Positions 36,106 to 51,400 of a stretch of DNA of 64,000 nt are shown here, one piece after another; the stretch's first letter is position 1; every line of letters starts with the position of its first letter. The stretch comes from Eledone cirrhosa (taxonomy: Eukaryota): contig OZ024740.1 in NCBI GenBank assembly GCA_964016885.1, positions 355,694,001 to 355,758,000 on the forward strand, read 5' to 3'. The notes beneath the pieces are model-generated. The model did not search any database. It was given only the letters and a program-made list of their open reading frames with translations, and was not told where the DNA came from. The translations under genes were made by a program, and so were the position numbers.

Positions 36106-39100
36106 TTCTCATATATACATACATACATACACACACACACACATACATACACACAAACGTATGTGTGCATCTGTGTTGATTCTTCAGATGAAATAGAAAC
36201 TTTAAAAATACTGTTAATGGTTTACAACTTTTACTTTAGTAAAAGAGAATGGAGGGAATGACTAAAGAAAAACAAAAAGACAGATAAAGAGATAAATTAT
36301 ATGCTAAACGCCTACTTCTTACTAATGGTGCTCAGTATACAAACATGATAAAAACAATAATACATTTTATATGTAGAATATCACAGAATGATATTCTATT
36401 CTATTTTCTGTTATAACTATTTGACGGGGAAATAGAACTATATAAAGTAACCGTAATCTTGTTTCTCTCAATTATAAACCAGAAATCTTGTATGTAAGTA
36501 AACAGACTTCAATGTTATTATTCCCTAATGTCCTCGAGAAATTTATGAATGCCAAACAATTATATTTCCTATCACTTATAAACTATGCTAGGAATTTCCT
36601 CTTCATCATTATTATTCTCATCATTATCATCATTTTTATTAGTTTTATTTATTCACCTCCTCAAGAACACATGAATATCAAACAAGATTGTTTCTTGTCC
36701 CCTGCAAGTCTCAAGAGTTGTGCCTGTCAAAGAAATTGATAAAAATATTGGCAAGAAAACCAATATTTACAGTAACTATTATTACGAACAGTGTTGGCGC
36801 CAACAAGGGGTACTGGCGATCTGATCTCTTGTATATAAACAATATAAGCAGCAAATTGGTAAAGCCGTTAGACCATCGGATAGAATGTTTCATGGTATTT
36901 TTTCAAACACTCTGTTCTGAGTTCAAATTCCACCAAACTCAACTTTGCCTTTCATCCTTTCAAGGTTAATAAATAAAATACCAGTTCATTGATTCTTCCT
37001 CTATCTTTCTCACAATCTCTCTTCCTCTGAAAAAAAGATCAACTGTGTTCAGGCATGGAGAAGGATATTAATCCTAGATACCTATTACTGGTAGCTAAAA
37101 AATAAAAAAATAAAAAAAAGGCAGCAGGATCATGGCTAGAGTCCTTTAAATATAGATCTGCTTGATCAGGGTTGTATTAGAACTCAACAACACATTAACC
37201 CTTTTGATACCAACCTGTCTTAATTTTATTATACAAAATTGCACATAATATAAAAATCTTCCATCATAATTTCATTTAAACATTTTTTGTTAAATAATGC
37301 TCCAAACATCATCATACTTATGAAAAAGTTAGTTATTTTTATTAAATTCCACCCAATAAAATGAAACATAGAAAGTATATTTAAGTAGAAATGTAGTAAT
37401 GAAAGGTTTCAAGCAAAAGGAACATGAAAGCTTTATCTGTTAAAACAGACAGCTGCTAGAAAATAGATGTATCATTTTCTGTCAAGATCTTTGACAGTAA
37501 TATTAGTAACCCGTGTATCAATATAGCAATATCTGTAACTGGTGTATCAATTTAGCAACAAGATTCAGAGAGGGAAGTTCAGAAGGTGGTGTTTGAGAGA
37601 GGAGGGACAGGGTGTAATGTCTAGTGCAGGGTTTGGGAGAGAAAGGACAGGGTATAATGGCTAGTGTAGTATTTGGAAAGTGAATGCAATGTAGGTAAGG
37701 AGAGGAGGAAAGAAAAGTGAGTCATGAGTACTTGAATGGAGGTAGTACGAGAGCAGCTATCTCTGGAGAATGTTGACCACTGTAGTTAGCAGGAAGAGAG
37801 ACAGAATGACAAGACAATATGACAAATTTGTCAAATTTGGAGGGTGAGTATGGTTTAGTTTGGCAGGATTTATGGGTACAGGTTGGCATTTGGTTTAGGG
37901 TGTTTGCTGAGGGCTAGTAGAGTGATTGGAGCAATAATGTCTTTACATATATATATATATATATCAACATTCTTTATTGTTGTCGTTTTTCATTATTTTC
38001 ATTTATCTGTATTCTGAATATTAAGAATTTCTTTAAAAGATATCTCAAATAAGTCTGTTCAAAAAACAAAAACAAAAAAAAGCTAACAATATCTTCATGT
38101 TAAAACTTGTATCTTTTGAAAGATTTATAGATATTGTGATAAAGATTATTGAATAATATCATACTGGAGTATTTGTGAATTGGAAAAATGGACATTAAGT
38201 GATGATGATGATGATGAATATCGCTCATAAAGTTTTGTATGTTTTATGTGCATATAAAATATAGTACATGTATTATATGCATGTAACACAGTAGAAATAA
38301 ATGTTTTGAAAAATAATAAATTTTCTCTTACACGAATTAAATAATTACTTCAAAAAATATGTAATTTTTCCCTTAAGAAAGTCTCTTGAAAAGGCAATGC
38401 CATTTATACCCTGGGGTATCTTAAGAGAACAGAATGGAGAGCAAAAAGAGAAGAAGGACTGAAGTGTGAGATGAAGGTAGAAGAAGAAGGGTAGTAGAGA
38501 GAAAGCAGAGAAAGAAGGAAGGAGAAAAAAAAAATTAAAGATAAATAGAACAGTGAGAGTGAGAAAAGAAACTGAGGCTGAGAAATGAGGCTGAGAAGAA
38601 TCAAAATTCCCGAAATCAAGGAAAAAAAAAAATCAAAAATTTTGAGAAAAGAAAAAGGAGAACACAAGAGGAAATGAAGACATGAAGCAAATAATAGAAA
38701 AAATAGAAAGTGGCATAGAAGAAACAGAAGTGGATATAGAAACCAATGAGAAATAGCAGAGAGTGAAAAATACAGAATAAACTGAAAAGACAAAGAAATA
38801 CCATTAAAAAAAAATCCTCCAAAACAAAACAAATTTAGACTATGTTTGAAAACAAGAGGAAAATAATCTTGAAGCAGATCCCAGAACATTGAGGCATGTA
38901 TAGAAGCTGCATGACAGACTGTATAACATTGTAATAGTATTTTGAAATGAAATCATTAATCACAATTCACATTCAAAAGCCATAGGCTTATCCATTACTT
39001 CCACTAGAACAGCATGAAATACAAATAAAATAAAAGACAATCGTATAAATATATTTTCTCTCCCACCCCTCCCTACCTTCTGCAAAGTAACAGAGTTAAT

Positions 39101-41689
39101 TCCAACTAAAATTTAAAATACGTGTACAAAATTATACGAAACTTAATTTTCACATGTTCATCTATTTTCACATATACTTTTTTCCTTTTAGGATTTAAAA
39201 TCATGGAGTATTAATGTTGATTCTAATAAATATCATATGGAAAAAGCATTTGTGTTTTCCTACAGGCTACCACTACTAAAGTATAAAATGAATAATAGAA
39301 AGAAAAAAAAGTGTTACATGATGTTTAAATGTTAGCTAGGTGATTTATCTTGTTCTAATGCTTCTGACATTAGAAATATCAAGACAAAACGTAGAATTTT
39401 GTTTTTTGAGAAAAAAAAAATATGAAATTTAAATATATTTAAAAAAAAAACTATTTCAAACATTTGAAAATATAAAGACACTAAACAAGATGAATTACAT
39501 GTGAAGTATAAAATTAGCATATTCTATATTAAAGAAAGTTGTTATAAATTTATTTTACCGTTCCTTCTAATAATTGTTTCTATTTTTGGCACAAGGCCAG
39601 CAATTATCCCAGTGTATTTCTGGTACTTTATTTTATCGACCCCGTAAGGATGAAAGGCAAAGTTAACCTCGGCGGGATTTGAACTCAGAATGGCAAGGGC
39701 CGTAACTCAATGCATCAATAATGTTCCTTCTAATGTGGATAAAAGTTATTCATTCTTTCAACTTTGCAGATGCTGATATGAGACTTAGTTTTTACTAACT
39801 TCAAGACAAATCAATTGAAACTGACTCAGCTGGCACTTATATTATCGACTCAGCACATGCCAGAAGAGTTACGAGATAGAGTTGACCCCAATGAGACTTA
39901 AACACAAAATCTAGGGCAAATGCTCCTAACTCTTTGGATTACTTGCCCCTTAGTGCTCCTCCACTGTAAAGTTGATAAAAAAATTATACATTGGGAATTT
40001 ACAATTTAATTATTTCTAAATTTTATTTAAGAATTTATTTTCATGTCCTATGTGTTAATAAAATCAATTCAAATATTAGCCCCGAACTATAATTATTGGT
40101 GGTGGTGATGGTTTTTGTCAGATCTACTCCTGCAGACATATAACATGAAGGTATCTAGATATAAGAATCACTGAATTAGAGTTCGTAAGTTCTTAGGATG
40201 AGTTACCCTGTCTTTATTGTAGACATGCCATTCTAATATTTAATTTTAGGTCTTTAACTAGCCAAATTTGTTGTCAAATCCAGCAGCAATTAAAAATTAC
40301 TATATGCATAAACCAAGAAAGGAGTTGCTATGCAGTTGCTTCAAGTTACAATCACTTATCTTTCTTCATAATGTTTTTGGTTTACCATCTGATCCCAGAA
40401 ACATTAAGAAAAGAGACTGGACAGTCATAGCTGAAAAGTCTTTGACCATAGGTCTGCTTGATCAAGATTGACCTGAAGCTAAACAGTAACAACATCAATT
40501 AAAAGGACTGAGCTTCTCTTCCTCCTTAGCTAACCAAATACAGATGTAAAGAATTGGGAAAAGGCATTATTTCTAAATTCGTGTTGTAGCATGTAGAAAG
40601 CAGAGAAATAAAGACAAAGAAAAATCAAATTATTCATTACAGTTATTTCCATGGTTAAATTAGACACATCCAAAAGCATTAAATCACAAGAAGCAAGAAA
40701 AACAATTGACTTTAAACTGATGTGATGAATAATGATGCTGCAGTAATAGTGAAATGCTCTCATCCTGATCATGACAAACCAGCTGATTATACAGTTTTAA
40801 TAATTTTAACCCTTTCGTTATAGTATTTCTAATTAAATATACTGCCTATGCATTTTAATTAATTTTGAAAATAAATTTTGGAGGAATTTGATAAAATAAC
40901 TAACTTCATTAGTAAACTGATATATAGAACAATACTTGATAAATATTTCTTAAATAAAATGTGTCTACTTTTGGCACAAGGCCAGCAATTACCCAGTGCA
41001 TTACTGGTGCTTTATTTCATCGACCCTGAAAGGATGAAAGGCAAAGTTAACCTCAGCAGGATTTGAACTCAGACCGTAAACTCTATGCTGCTGACCCTCT
41101 ACCGACACTGCCAACCTGCCGACGGACGGTTTTAAGAATAAACTTAATATAAAGAATGGTGAGCTTCTTTTTAAAGGCCTTCATCCTATTTTATAAACTA
41201 TTTTATAGCATCTCCATTCTTTATATTAACTTTATTCCCTCAACACATTGTAAAAGTCCAAGGGATTGACTTCATATACATGATAAATGTTAAAAAATGA
41301 GCAGGTTTGTGTCAAGTCATTTTTTAAATAATCAACAATTTGGAGAGATTTAGTAATACAACTTTCTCATTATTAAGCTGTTTCAGGCAGTTTTATATAA
41401 AAAGAGTTAAATAGCATTGTTGGCATGTTGGTAGATAACCAAACAAATCTCTTGAGATCACCAGCAGTGGTTACTTTGTCTTTATTGTATGGCATGATAT
41501 ACTAAAATTTAGGCCTTAAATACAATCTTTTCATTTTAACCCATCTGATACCAATCCATCCAAAACTGCTCCTAGTTCTATGATATACAGCTGCTTATTT
41601 TAAAGTGTTTATATTTATTTAAAAACCTTCCATCATATTTCTATGTAAAAACCTTTATTATGTTCTAAACCTCAGCTTAATAACGAGGG

Positions 41690-41966
41690 CTTTGTGATTA
41701 GGGAATTCAGCTCATGATCGTAAGGTTGTAATTTTCGATTCCTGGTGGCGCACTGTGTCCTTGAGCAAGACACTTTATTGCAAAAATGAGTTGTACCTGT
41801 AATTCGAAGGCCCAGCTTGTCACATTCTGTTTCATGCCAAATCTCTGAGAATTACGTTAAGAGTACATGTGTTTCTGGAATGCTCAGTCACTTGTACATT
41901 AATTTCATGAGCAGGCTTTTCAGTTGATCAGATCAACTGGAACACTCGTAACCAACAGAGTGCCTT
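41690..41966 (+). mobile_element. Second tRNA-derived SINE family (minus-strand copies at about 3620-3930 and 6140-6360)
   Basis: B-box-like ttcgattcc, gtgtccttgagcaagacactt, and a 3' part shared with the minus-strand copies. Inserted into a TTAA MITE. Confidence 0.7.
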
Positions 41967-42954
41967 CCATTCTAGATATATTACTAACTCCCTCAAAATT
42001 CTTAATAATTTCCAAAATGATTTGAAAATTATAGGCAATATCTTCCATTAGAAATATAGTAATGAAACAGTTAATATTGCTTGAAAGTTTTCTGATTTGT
42101 TATTGGAACTTATTTTATTCATCTGAGATAAAAAAAAAAATGTTGAGTCAATTTCAGCATGATTAATCACAAGTTTAGGCAATAAACAACATATTCTAAT
42201 ACATCTGTTTAACCATGTCACCTATACCATATTCATTTGCTAAAAGCGTGAGATACTGAATATTAAAATAAGAATACAAAACCAATAATGGATCTAGAGA
42301 TACTGAGAAAATTATAAAATACCCAAATCCTAACAAATGTTGAATTGTTAATTCATAATTCATATGGAAGAATTTAGAGATACAAATGAAGAATTAATGA
42401 CAGTTTCATCCTGATTGATTTAATATCCAATTTTACCTCAAATGATGTATTATAAAACAAGTTAAAGGACTGTGTCTTCGTGTCTATTTGTTAAGTGTTG
42501 AAATAAAACACAAAGAGAAGGAGAGTAGAACCAAGAGAGAGAGAGATAAGAGAACACAAGAAATATTGTTTTGCATAGGCAAAATCATGGCTTATAGTTA
42601 AGGAGTTCGCTTAACAACCATGTGGTTTTGGGTTCAGTTTCATTGTGTAGAACCTTTGGAAAGTGACTATTACAATAGTCTCGGGTTGACCAATGCTTTG
42701 TGAGTAGAATTTAGTAGATAGAAACTGTGTCCATAAATTAGTGGCTTAACAAAAGAGGTCAATAAAATAAGTACCAGGCTTGAAAAAACTAAGTTCTGGG
42801 GTAGATATGATCAAGTAAATCTCAAGTAAATCAAGGCAATGCCTCAGCATGGCCATAGCCTGGTAACCGAAACCAATAAAAGTATACATGCTATTATTTC
42901 TTATATTGTCTTTCATTTCAGGATAGCTCATATTTGCTATTTCATTTTCATAAG

Positions 42955-43282
42955 TTTTAGTACACAGCTCACCCTGAAAAGTGTAAGTGGCACTACCACT
43001 TTTCACAGTGAGCACTACTGCAGTGCTACTGCCATGACAGATATCCCCCAGTCCACCAAGTAAGGTTGTAGTGCTGGTGCCATGACAAAAGTACCCAATC
43101 TACCTTGTAAGGTGATAGTACTGGAGGCAAAACAAAATTCTCCCAGTACATGATGTAAAGTGGTTAGGAAGGGCATCCAGCCAACAATAAAGCATAGAAG
43201 CAAGACAGCTAGGCTTGTTTCAATACATGATGACCTGTCTAACCCGTGCAAGGATGGAAACTAAACATTAAACAATGTTGAA
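42955..43282 (+). mobile_element. SINE-like 3' region sharing its tail with the intact RTE LINE
   Basis: gtaaagtggttaggaagggcatccagcc...ctaacccgtgcaaggatggaaa matches LINE 3' UTR 20471-20610. Confidence 0.6.
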
Positions 43283-43794
43283 TTTACTATGTGAAATAAT
43301 GAAAATAGAGCGGTCAGAAAGTTTTAGCAAGTTTACTTTAAAGTTTTTGTTTTTAGTTTTATGATTGCTAAGTAGTTAAAACATCTCAAGCACCAACCAA
43401 AAGTTAAAAAAATGATATAGTTCAGTCAAAGTAGTTTGCTGAAGTTGCAAAATTGTACTTGCAAAGCATGACTATTTCTAGGTATCAAGTTTACATGCCA
43501 TGAGATGTGATTTCTGGTGTTTCAAGTAAAGTCATTCTCTGGGAAGAGAAATTCAAGGTCTTTTGAAAAGCACAGATCAAACAAATTTCTCTCTTTGAAG
43601 AACGGCTTCATTTTGAACATCAGAATACACATTCCTCCACAGCAGACAATCCTTGTCAAATTTTAAAACTTTATAAATGATTTTTGCTGATGCAAACTAT
43701 CAATAGTGCACTTGAGTACTGTACACAATAATTTCATTATTTTAATACTTTTTCTAAACTCTGTAATTGTTATTTCTAGATATATCTTCAGTTC

Positions 43795-43973
43795 ATAATT
43801 GTTTCTACTTTAGGCACAAGGCCAGCAATTATCCCAGTGTATTACTGGTACTTTATTTTATCGATGAAAGGCAAAGTTAACCTCAGCGGGATTTGAACTC
43901 AGACCTCAAAGGGCCATAACTCTTTGCTGCAAAGCATGGCGTCTGACCCTCTACCGATACTGCCAATCCACCA
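43795..43973 (-). mobile_element. SINE copy
   Basis: Same family. Further minus-strand copies near 150, 8918, 21812, 31822, 39570, 40960, 47710, 55325 and 57975. Confidence 0.85.
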
Positions 43974-44191
43974 AGAATTTTAGGACAGTTAAAATTTATA
44001 CCTTACCCATAAGTTTGAACAGTGAAATAAGTAACATCTAAGAATCAAAACAATAGCTCTTATTCATCACAAACACTTTCTTTCATGCACAAGTTGAAAA
44101 ATGGATATTGTTTAGTTGGTATTTTGAAAGTAAATTTTATTTAACTCTTAACATCTTTATGAAACAGCATTAGTAAGACATTCTTGGAAAG

Positions 44192-44224
<33 letters not shown>

Positions 44225-47200
44225 CACCATGACTATCATGTAAACAATTATAGTCTTTACCATACATAATACAAAATCTTTTCACAATAACCAGTTCACT
44301 AATAAAGATACTAAAAACATTTGAATAAACATGCCCATCTCTGAATATTTTCAACTAAATCATTACAGGATGTTTAGAGTTAAACTTTAAAAATTTATTT
44401 CAAAGCAAGTTGTTTGCGTATATAAAATGTATATTTTTTTATCGTAAGCATTTTGCAAACACAGTTTCAAGAATTAACTATATATCCTTATTTATAATGA
44501 TGATCAGGTTACAGGATCCCACCTCTTATGTTACATATAACAAAAACATTGAAGACAAATATAATCTGGGTTTATAAAAGTTTAGTTTGAGAGTAAGGTT
44601 TGTTTTCTGAGTTCTAAAAGCCTTTTCAGCAGTCAAACAACTTGTCTTACTATTCCTTCTAGTAAATTTTATATCCTGTTTGTATTGCTCCCTTAATCAA
44701 ATTCGAGCATTGATGTTTCAGAACCCTGCTACGAAAAAAAAAAAAAAAAAAAAAAAATCCATACAAATCATCGTCATTATTATCATGATATATATTTTCC
44801 TTGCTAGCAGGAGTTGTATGGGTCCTCATAGACCACGTCAGTATGTAGCCAAAAACACAGACCTCTCAGACCGGCTGCAAGGTGGGGGGGCATCTTGATT
44901 ACATGCATTCTCTTACTTCATAGAGTGTACAGGGTGTGTTTTATCATGACACTAGCACTAGAGAGGTTGTTATGTCTTTGACACGAGTGAAGAGAATACG
45001 AAAATCTGTTCATTAATTTTTCTTCAATTCAAATAAATATCTGAAAACAGCAGCAAAGAAATATTCTCTTATTAGTGACTTTTTCACAAGCAATTCTTTA
45101 ATAACATGTAGCAAGATTAAAATTTATAAAATCTTTGCCTTTTTCTTAATTCTAGAATACCATCATTTTAGCAATTTTATTCTACTCTCACTACAATTTG
45201 GTTAAACTGAAATATCTATCTCCATATTGGTTATTATTAGTGTCTATGTCTGTCAGAAACTCTGGTAAGTTCAGTTCAAACAAAGTTACAGCAAGGAAAC
45301 AGCTGGTCAAACAGTGATCTCATCAAAGCCATCAAAATAATATTGTGAATAATCTGTCTTAACAATTACTGCCAATTTAATGATGGTAAGAACTTCAACT
45401 AAAATCCACCTAATTTATAAATAGGTACTGCAAGGTCATGTAACATACTGTTCTAAGCATCTGCTGCACTATCAAATTATTACATTATTGTGGCTGTTGT
45501 TTATTCCCAGTTCAACACTGATTGAAGCCATTCCTGTCATGGACATCTTATCTTTTGCCAAACATAATATATATAGGACTACATTAGCCTTTTTTTTAAA
45601 TGGTAGGTTATGATTTAAGAAATATTTGACTTCCAACCTGATTCCTCATCATTTAAGGTGCACTTTCCATACTGGTGTGAGTTGAACAAGTTGTCACAAT
45701 CTGAGTCAAAGAGACCTCATCTTGCTTATATGTTTCATATTTTAGTATGGTTTCTACAGCTGGATGCCTTTCCTAATACAGGGTGTATTAGCATTATCAT
45801 CATCACTTTATAGAAAGTTCTGGGAAAATTTTATTGTGGCACCAGCACTAGAGAGATTGTCATGCACTCAGTAAGTCTGAAAAGTGCTCTCTACCCAATA
45901 TTGTTTCTATTCTAATGCTAACCTCTTGACAGAGTTTATGAGGTGCAGTTTAACATAGCACCAAAACTAGAAAGGTTGTGAAGTTCTTGACAGGACAAAG
46001 AATTCCCTCCACCCTACTACTGAAATTAACCCTTTTGATATCAAACTGCCTCAAATTACCTCTGGTTCCATGATCACCCATTTTAAAGGATTCCTATTTA
46101 ATTTAAAATCTTCGAACAACGTTTTCAGAGGAAAAGTTATCTATGAGAAACTGGCATCTTATCTAGGATGAGATCTTTTGCTTATCTGTTTAATGGCAGA
46201 GAAACAGTGCACTGTGGAATTTGTTGATAGAACTAGAGAGAGTGGTGTATGATACAAAGTAGGATGTAATCTTCCTATGAATAAAATCTACAAACCAAGT
46301 TTGATTTCCATTTAGTAGTAGATCTGATGGGACCTTCTGAGATGTAATAGACATGAAAATTCCCATTCATTCATTTCTTTTCTAATGTCGATAAGTTTGA
46401 TAACTAGGAGATATAAAGATAATCCTGAAAATGTAATTCTTGGTTTATTTACAGTTGGATGGTCAAAAGCAATAGATAATTGACTTTGATGCCTTCAGCT
46501 TGTAGCCAGAACCCTTAGCTAGCCATTCAGGCTCTCATTCTCTCAAATACAACTTTTCTTTTTCTGTTACACCCACTTACTCCTGGAAAGGTTGTTGGGG
46601 GAGGGGGCATGGATACGCCTACCAGAGGGTCCTAGCAAAAGCAACCATTTCCAAATAATCCAGCTGGATCCCCAAGTGAGACCAACTGAGTTTGTGGGTG
46701 TTATCCAACCCTCTTGCTTATGGCCACCTAGCAATTCTTTCCTTAGAGATTCTAACCACATGTCTGTAGTACCAGAGCTGTAATCTCTATGCAGAGACAC
46801 AGCAGCTCTACCTAGAGTAACTCTCTGATCTCCGAGCTATGCACCCTATCGAATAATGTTACTCCAAATAATCTTTGGAGGAACCTTATTTTGGCCACTT
46901 GTATTTATGATTGTATTCTTGGACCAAGTACAAGTTCAAATTCTAAATGACTGTTCTCAACTCCCACCCTACCTCACTCCTCCTCATGAGCAACTTCTGT
47001 TCCACTCACTCCGCCAGACCTATATTCAATTCCAGTCCACTAATTTGTTCTAGTTCCACCACCACCACTACCACTAGTTCTGCTCCCCACTTCTCTCCCC
47101 TCACTATATTAAATTTCCAAACACCACCTCCTCTGCTTTCCAACTGAAATCTTTACATTTACTGTGATCTTCAATTCTTAGGCAGCAGTTTTCTCTTTCA

Positions 47201-47984
47201 CCCTTACTGTTCTTTCTCTTTAATAAATACACTTCCGAAATAAATTAAAAGAAAAAAATAAATAATAAATAAACAAACAAAACAAAATAATAATCATATT
47301 GCAATTAATCCAGATTAACATAGAGGCTGAAACATTCTTCCTGAAATTTGAAACCACTTGATAAACTGTACATAATTACTGAATCTCAAGCATTCAATCA
47401 TTTCATTAGTTTTTGCCATAAGAGATGCTACTAAGTCATAATCTTCTTGAAAGTGGATTTGGCAGTCCTGAACTATGGAAGAATTGCAATCATTTAATAA
47501 CCCTAGAAAGATGCATATTATTAACAGCCGTCATAGCTGAGAAAGATACAATCTTTGTCCAGATTAAAAAATGAAACAAAACACTTTTTAAAAAATTAGC
47601 CTTAATTGCAGTAATTTCTCTGTCTAACAGCATCTTTTAATTGAAGTTGAATAATGTGTTGCCAAACATTTGAACTTCTTTGAAGAGAGAAAGTAAATGG
47701 TCCATATATAATATTGGTTTCTAATTTAGGCACAAAGCCAGCAATTTGGTGGGAGGGGAAAATTGTCAAAATCAAATCTAATACTTAACTAGTACTCTAT
47801 TTTATTGACCCTGGAAGCATGAAAGGCAAAGTTGATTTCGGCAAGATTTGAATTCTGAATGTAAAGAGTTGGAACAGGTATTGTAAAGCATTTGGTTCAA
47901 TGGTCCAACAATTCTGCCAAGAACCTCCACATATTTTCAAAAATACTATGGAACTTTGGCTTATACAAACCAAGATCATGTTCC

Positions 47985-48240
47985 ATAATCATCATCTTCA
48001 TCCACTTATTCCTGAGAGGGTCATGGGGGCAGAGTCCTCAAACATTCCTTCCAGTGGGTCCTGTCAGAAGCAGCCGTCCCCAACTAATCTGGCTGGATGC
48101 CCAAGCGAGACCAGCCAAGCTCATGGATGTTATTCAACCATTTTGCTTGGGGTTTACCCCCGGGTCTCCTCCAAGTTGGTTTTGCCCATAAAAACAGTCC
48201 AGTTATTCTTTCCTGAGACATTCTAAACACATGCCCATAA
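47985..48240 (-). mobile_element. Rex3/Expander-like RTE 3' end (paralogues at about 21470-21750 and 46570-46930)
   Basis: Minus strand ...KWLNNIHELGWSRLGIQP...DRTHWKECLRTLPP followed by a GAT-rich tail. Three mutually similar copies. Confidence 0.65.
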
Positions 48241-48432
48241 TAAAAATGAAAATAGTGCACATTAGCACGTTAATCTTCAATAAAACAATATAAAATAAGT
48301 AGAAAGTTGTGTAAAAGCCAGCTGAAAAGCTAAGAAATTACATCACTTAAGCTACCAAATAAAATACATTATGGCAGGTAGTGAGTCCATCCATCATCCT
48401 ATTTGTAATTGGTTCAACCAAAATGATACACA

Positions 48433-51400
48433 ATCATCATCATCATTTAACGTCTATCTTCCATGCTTGCATGGGTTTAGACAGGAATTGTCCCGCGTGA
48501 GGCAAGATTGGTTGCCTTGCTCATATAGGACTGTCTGGTGGGTTTTCTAGGGCTGGATGCCCTTCCTAACACCAACCACGTTTACAGTGAGGACTGGGAG
48601 GCTTTTACCTACATGGCCACATTACAGCATATAGTTTTTTTTTTTGTTTTTTTTTGTCGTGACACCTACACGACCTCATTTATTTAGGACTGGGTGTTGT
48701 GGCCCCAACATAACTTTACGAAGAAAGGGGTGGTGTAGATGGGGGTGGGGGTAGAGAGATGGGGGTGTATTTTTGGTTAGGAGGTGCCTACTGACTGTAG
48801 GTTTCACTTTGTACTTAGGCAAGGCGGGTCTTCTGTATTGCTGTATAGCGCCAAAGATCTTGGTCCAGTGACATTGTCTTGGAGAGGTGTAAGTGTGTAA
48901 GGTCGGAATTTATCAAATCGTCCCAGGTTTTTCTGGGTCTGCCTACTCTGTAGCTTCCATCAATTTGATCGCCCTTCACTTTTTTATATAGCTGTTGTCT
49001 TTCATGCGCATCACGTGACCGTACCAACGTAGTCTTCTCTTGAGTAAACAGCATCTGATCCCTCTTATTCCTAATTTCTCAGTTTATTTATGCTTTGCCG
49101 TTTACGTATATTACTATTACACATCCAACGGAGCATGCAAGCTTCGTTCCTCTCCAGTCTGCGCAGATCCTCTGCACACAATGCCCATGTCTCACTGCCA
49201 TGTAACATTGCTGTTCGTATGCAGGCATCATACAGTCTGCCTTTCATTTTTAGAGAGAAATCTTTAGCGGCCAATAGTGGTATAAGCTCTCTGAACTTTT
49301 TCCATCCCGTTCTGACTCTAGCTACTGTACTTTCAGAGTACCCTCCACCACTGCCGATTTTGTCACCCAGGTAACGGAAGCTGTCCACTATTTCTATAGA
49401 ACCATCTGGGCAATGGAAGGAGCTAGTATACTGTGGGCACTTGCTACTACTTATTGCACCCGCCACATATAAAATCTATGTTCTTAGTTAGCTTACCTGT
49501 GATCCCACTACATCTTTTATGTACCCATACTTTGCATTTGGGACATAAAATGGAGTTTCTGCCTACTCCTTTCCTACACACTGATCATGGCCATTTCCCA
49601 GAGGGGACCAGTGCCCTATTTTCCTTCCTACATACTAGAACTTTAGTTTTAGACAAGTTAAATTTAAGGCTTTTGATTCTAGGCCATGCTTCCAAGTTTG
49701 GAATTTCTTCTCTAGTTCAGCCATTGATTCAGCTATGTGCATTAGATCATCTGCGTATAGAAGTTCCCATGGGCGGCCGGTCTTGAACTCCTCTGTTATA
49801 GCCTGAAGGGCAATAATAAATAGGAAGGGGCTAAGGACAGAGCCCTGATAAACACCAACTTTTACGCTAAATTCTTCATTATATTCGTTGTTAATTGCTG
49901 ACTGTTTCTTTATACATGGCTTGTATAGCTCACACAAGCCATTCATCAACACCTAGTTTTCTAAGAACCCACCAGATAATCGAGCGAGGTACTCTGTCAA
50001 AGGCTAAGTGTAGGGGTTTACTTTTAGCTAGGTACTTCTGTAGTTGTCGTACAATGAAAAGAGCGTCTGTTGTACTTTTACCTGACACAAACCCAAACTG
50101 CATTTCATTTAGATCAATTCGCTCTCTGATTAGTTGCACTATAACTTTTTCTGTGACCTTCATGATATGGTCAATTAATTTAATGCCTCTATAGTTTCCC
50201 CTATCTCGGGCATCTCCTTTACCCTTGTAGCAGTTAATGATGAGGTTGCTATGCCAGTCATTTGGTATAACCCCGTTCTGTATGACTTTCCGGGAGACCA
50301 TAGTGTGTCCCACCGATCCAGATGCTTTCAGCATTTCAGCAACTATCTCCAAAGGCTCAGCTGCTTTGCCCGTCTTCATATCTTTGATTGCCTTATTATA
50401 CTACCTTCAACTTGCACTGCTGGTCCCTCTATTGGATCGATTTGGGGCAGATTATCTTTTTCACACTTATTCTCCTCATTTAGTAGCCTCTCGTAGTGAC
50501 ACTTCCAAGCTATCTTCGTATCAGTGATGGCAAGTATGCCATCATCATTACGGACACACTTCTCCCTGACAATATCACAGTTTTCCTTGACACATTGTCT
50601 AGCAATCCTGAACACCTCACGTTTTTGGTCCTCGCATTGTAGAACATGCTTGAACTTTCTTTCCGCTGCTTCCTTTCTTGCAAGGTACACTTGTCTCCTA
50701 GCTTCCCTCCTGGCCACTTAATAATCTTCTCTACTTCCCCCATCCCGCCATACTTTCCAAGCTTGCTTTTTGGCCTTGATTGACTCCTCCACCACACTGT
50801 TCCACCACCATGTTACTCTCCTCCTGCCAATAAGTCTGCTCCAACCACAGATTTCATCTGTTGCCTTCAGCAGGTTAACTTTCAGGAATTCCAACTGTTC
50901 CTCTATGCTGCACGTCTCTAATTGCTCTTCCTTACTGTCAAAAGCATCAAGTAGTATGCTTTTAAATTTGTTACTGGCTGTGGGGTCCTTTAATTTCCAT
51001 ATTCTTCTTCTCAGGGTAGTCCTCCTCTGTTGTCAAGTATGTCTCGTCCTGACTATGAGGTCACTAACTATGAGGCTATGTTGGGAGGTGCATTCTCTGC
51101 GGGGGAGGGATTTAGTGTTTACAACAGACACTTTGTCACGTCTTCTGGTAAGGATATAATCTATCTGACTGGCGTGTTCCCAGTCTATAGATGATCAAGT
51201 GATTGTCTCGTTTTTTGAAGTTTGTGTTACAGATAGTTAGGTTATTTGCGTCACAGAATTCCAGAATTCTGAAGCCTTTCTTATTTCTAGTACCAAACAC
51301 GTAGCCTCCATGGATTCCGTCATAGCGGTCACAATGTTGTCCAACATGACCATTTAGGTCGCCAGCAATAATTATGTAGTCACTGTCAGTTATTTGGGAG

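Noticed and set aside
35540-36154. 204-aa minus-strand ORF
   Set aside because: Runs through a microsatellite, a MITE and the antisense of a LINE tail, so most likely a chance read-through.
38404-38889. 161-aa hydrophobic, membrane-like ORF
   Set aside because: Reverse translation of a purine-rich low-complexity tract (F/L/S bias).
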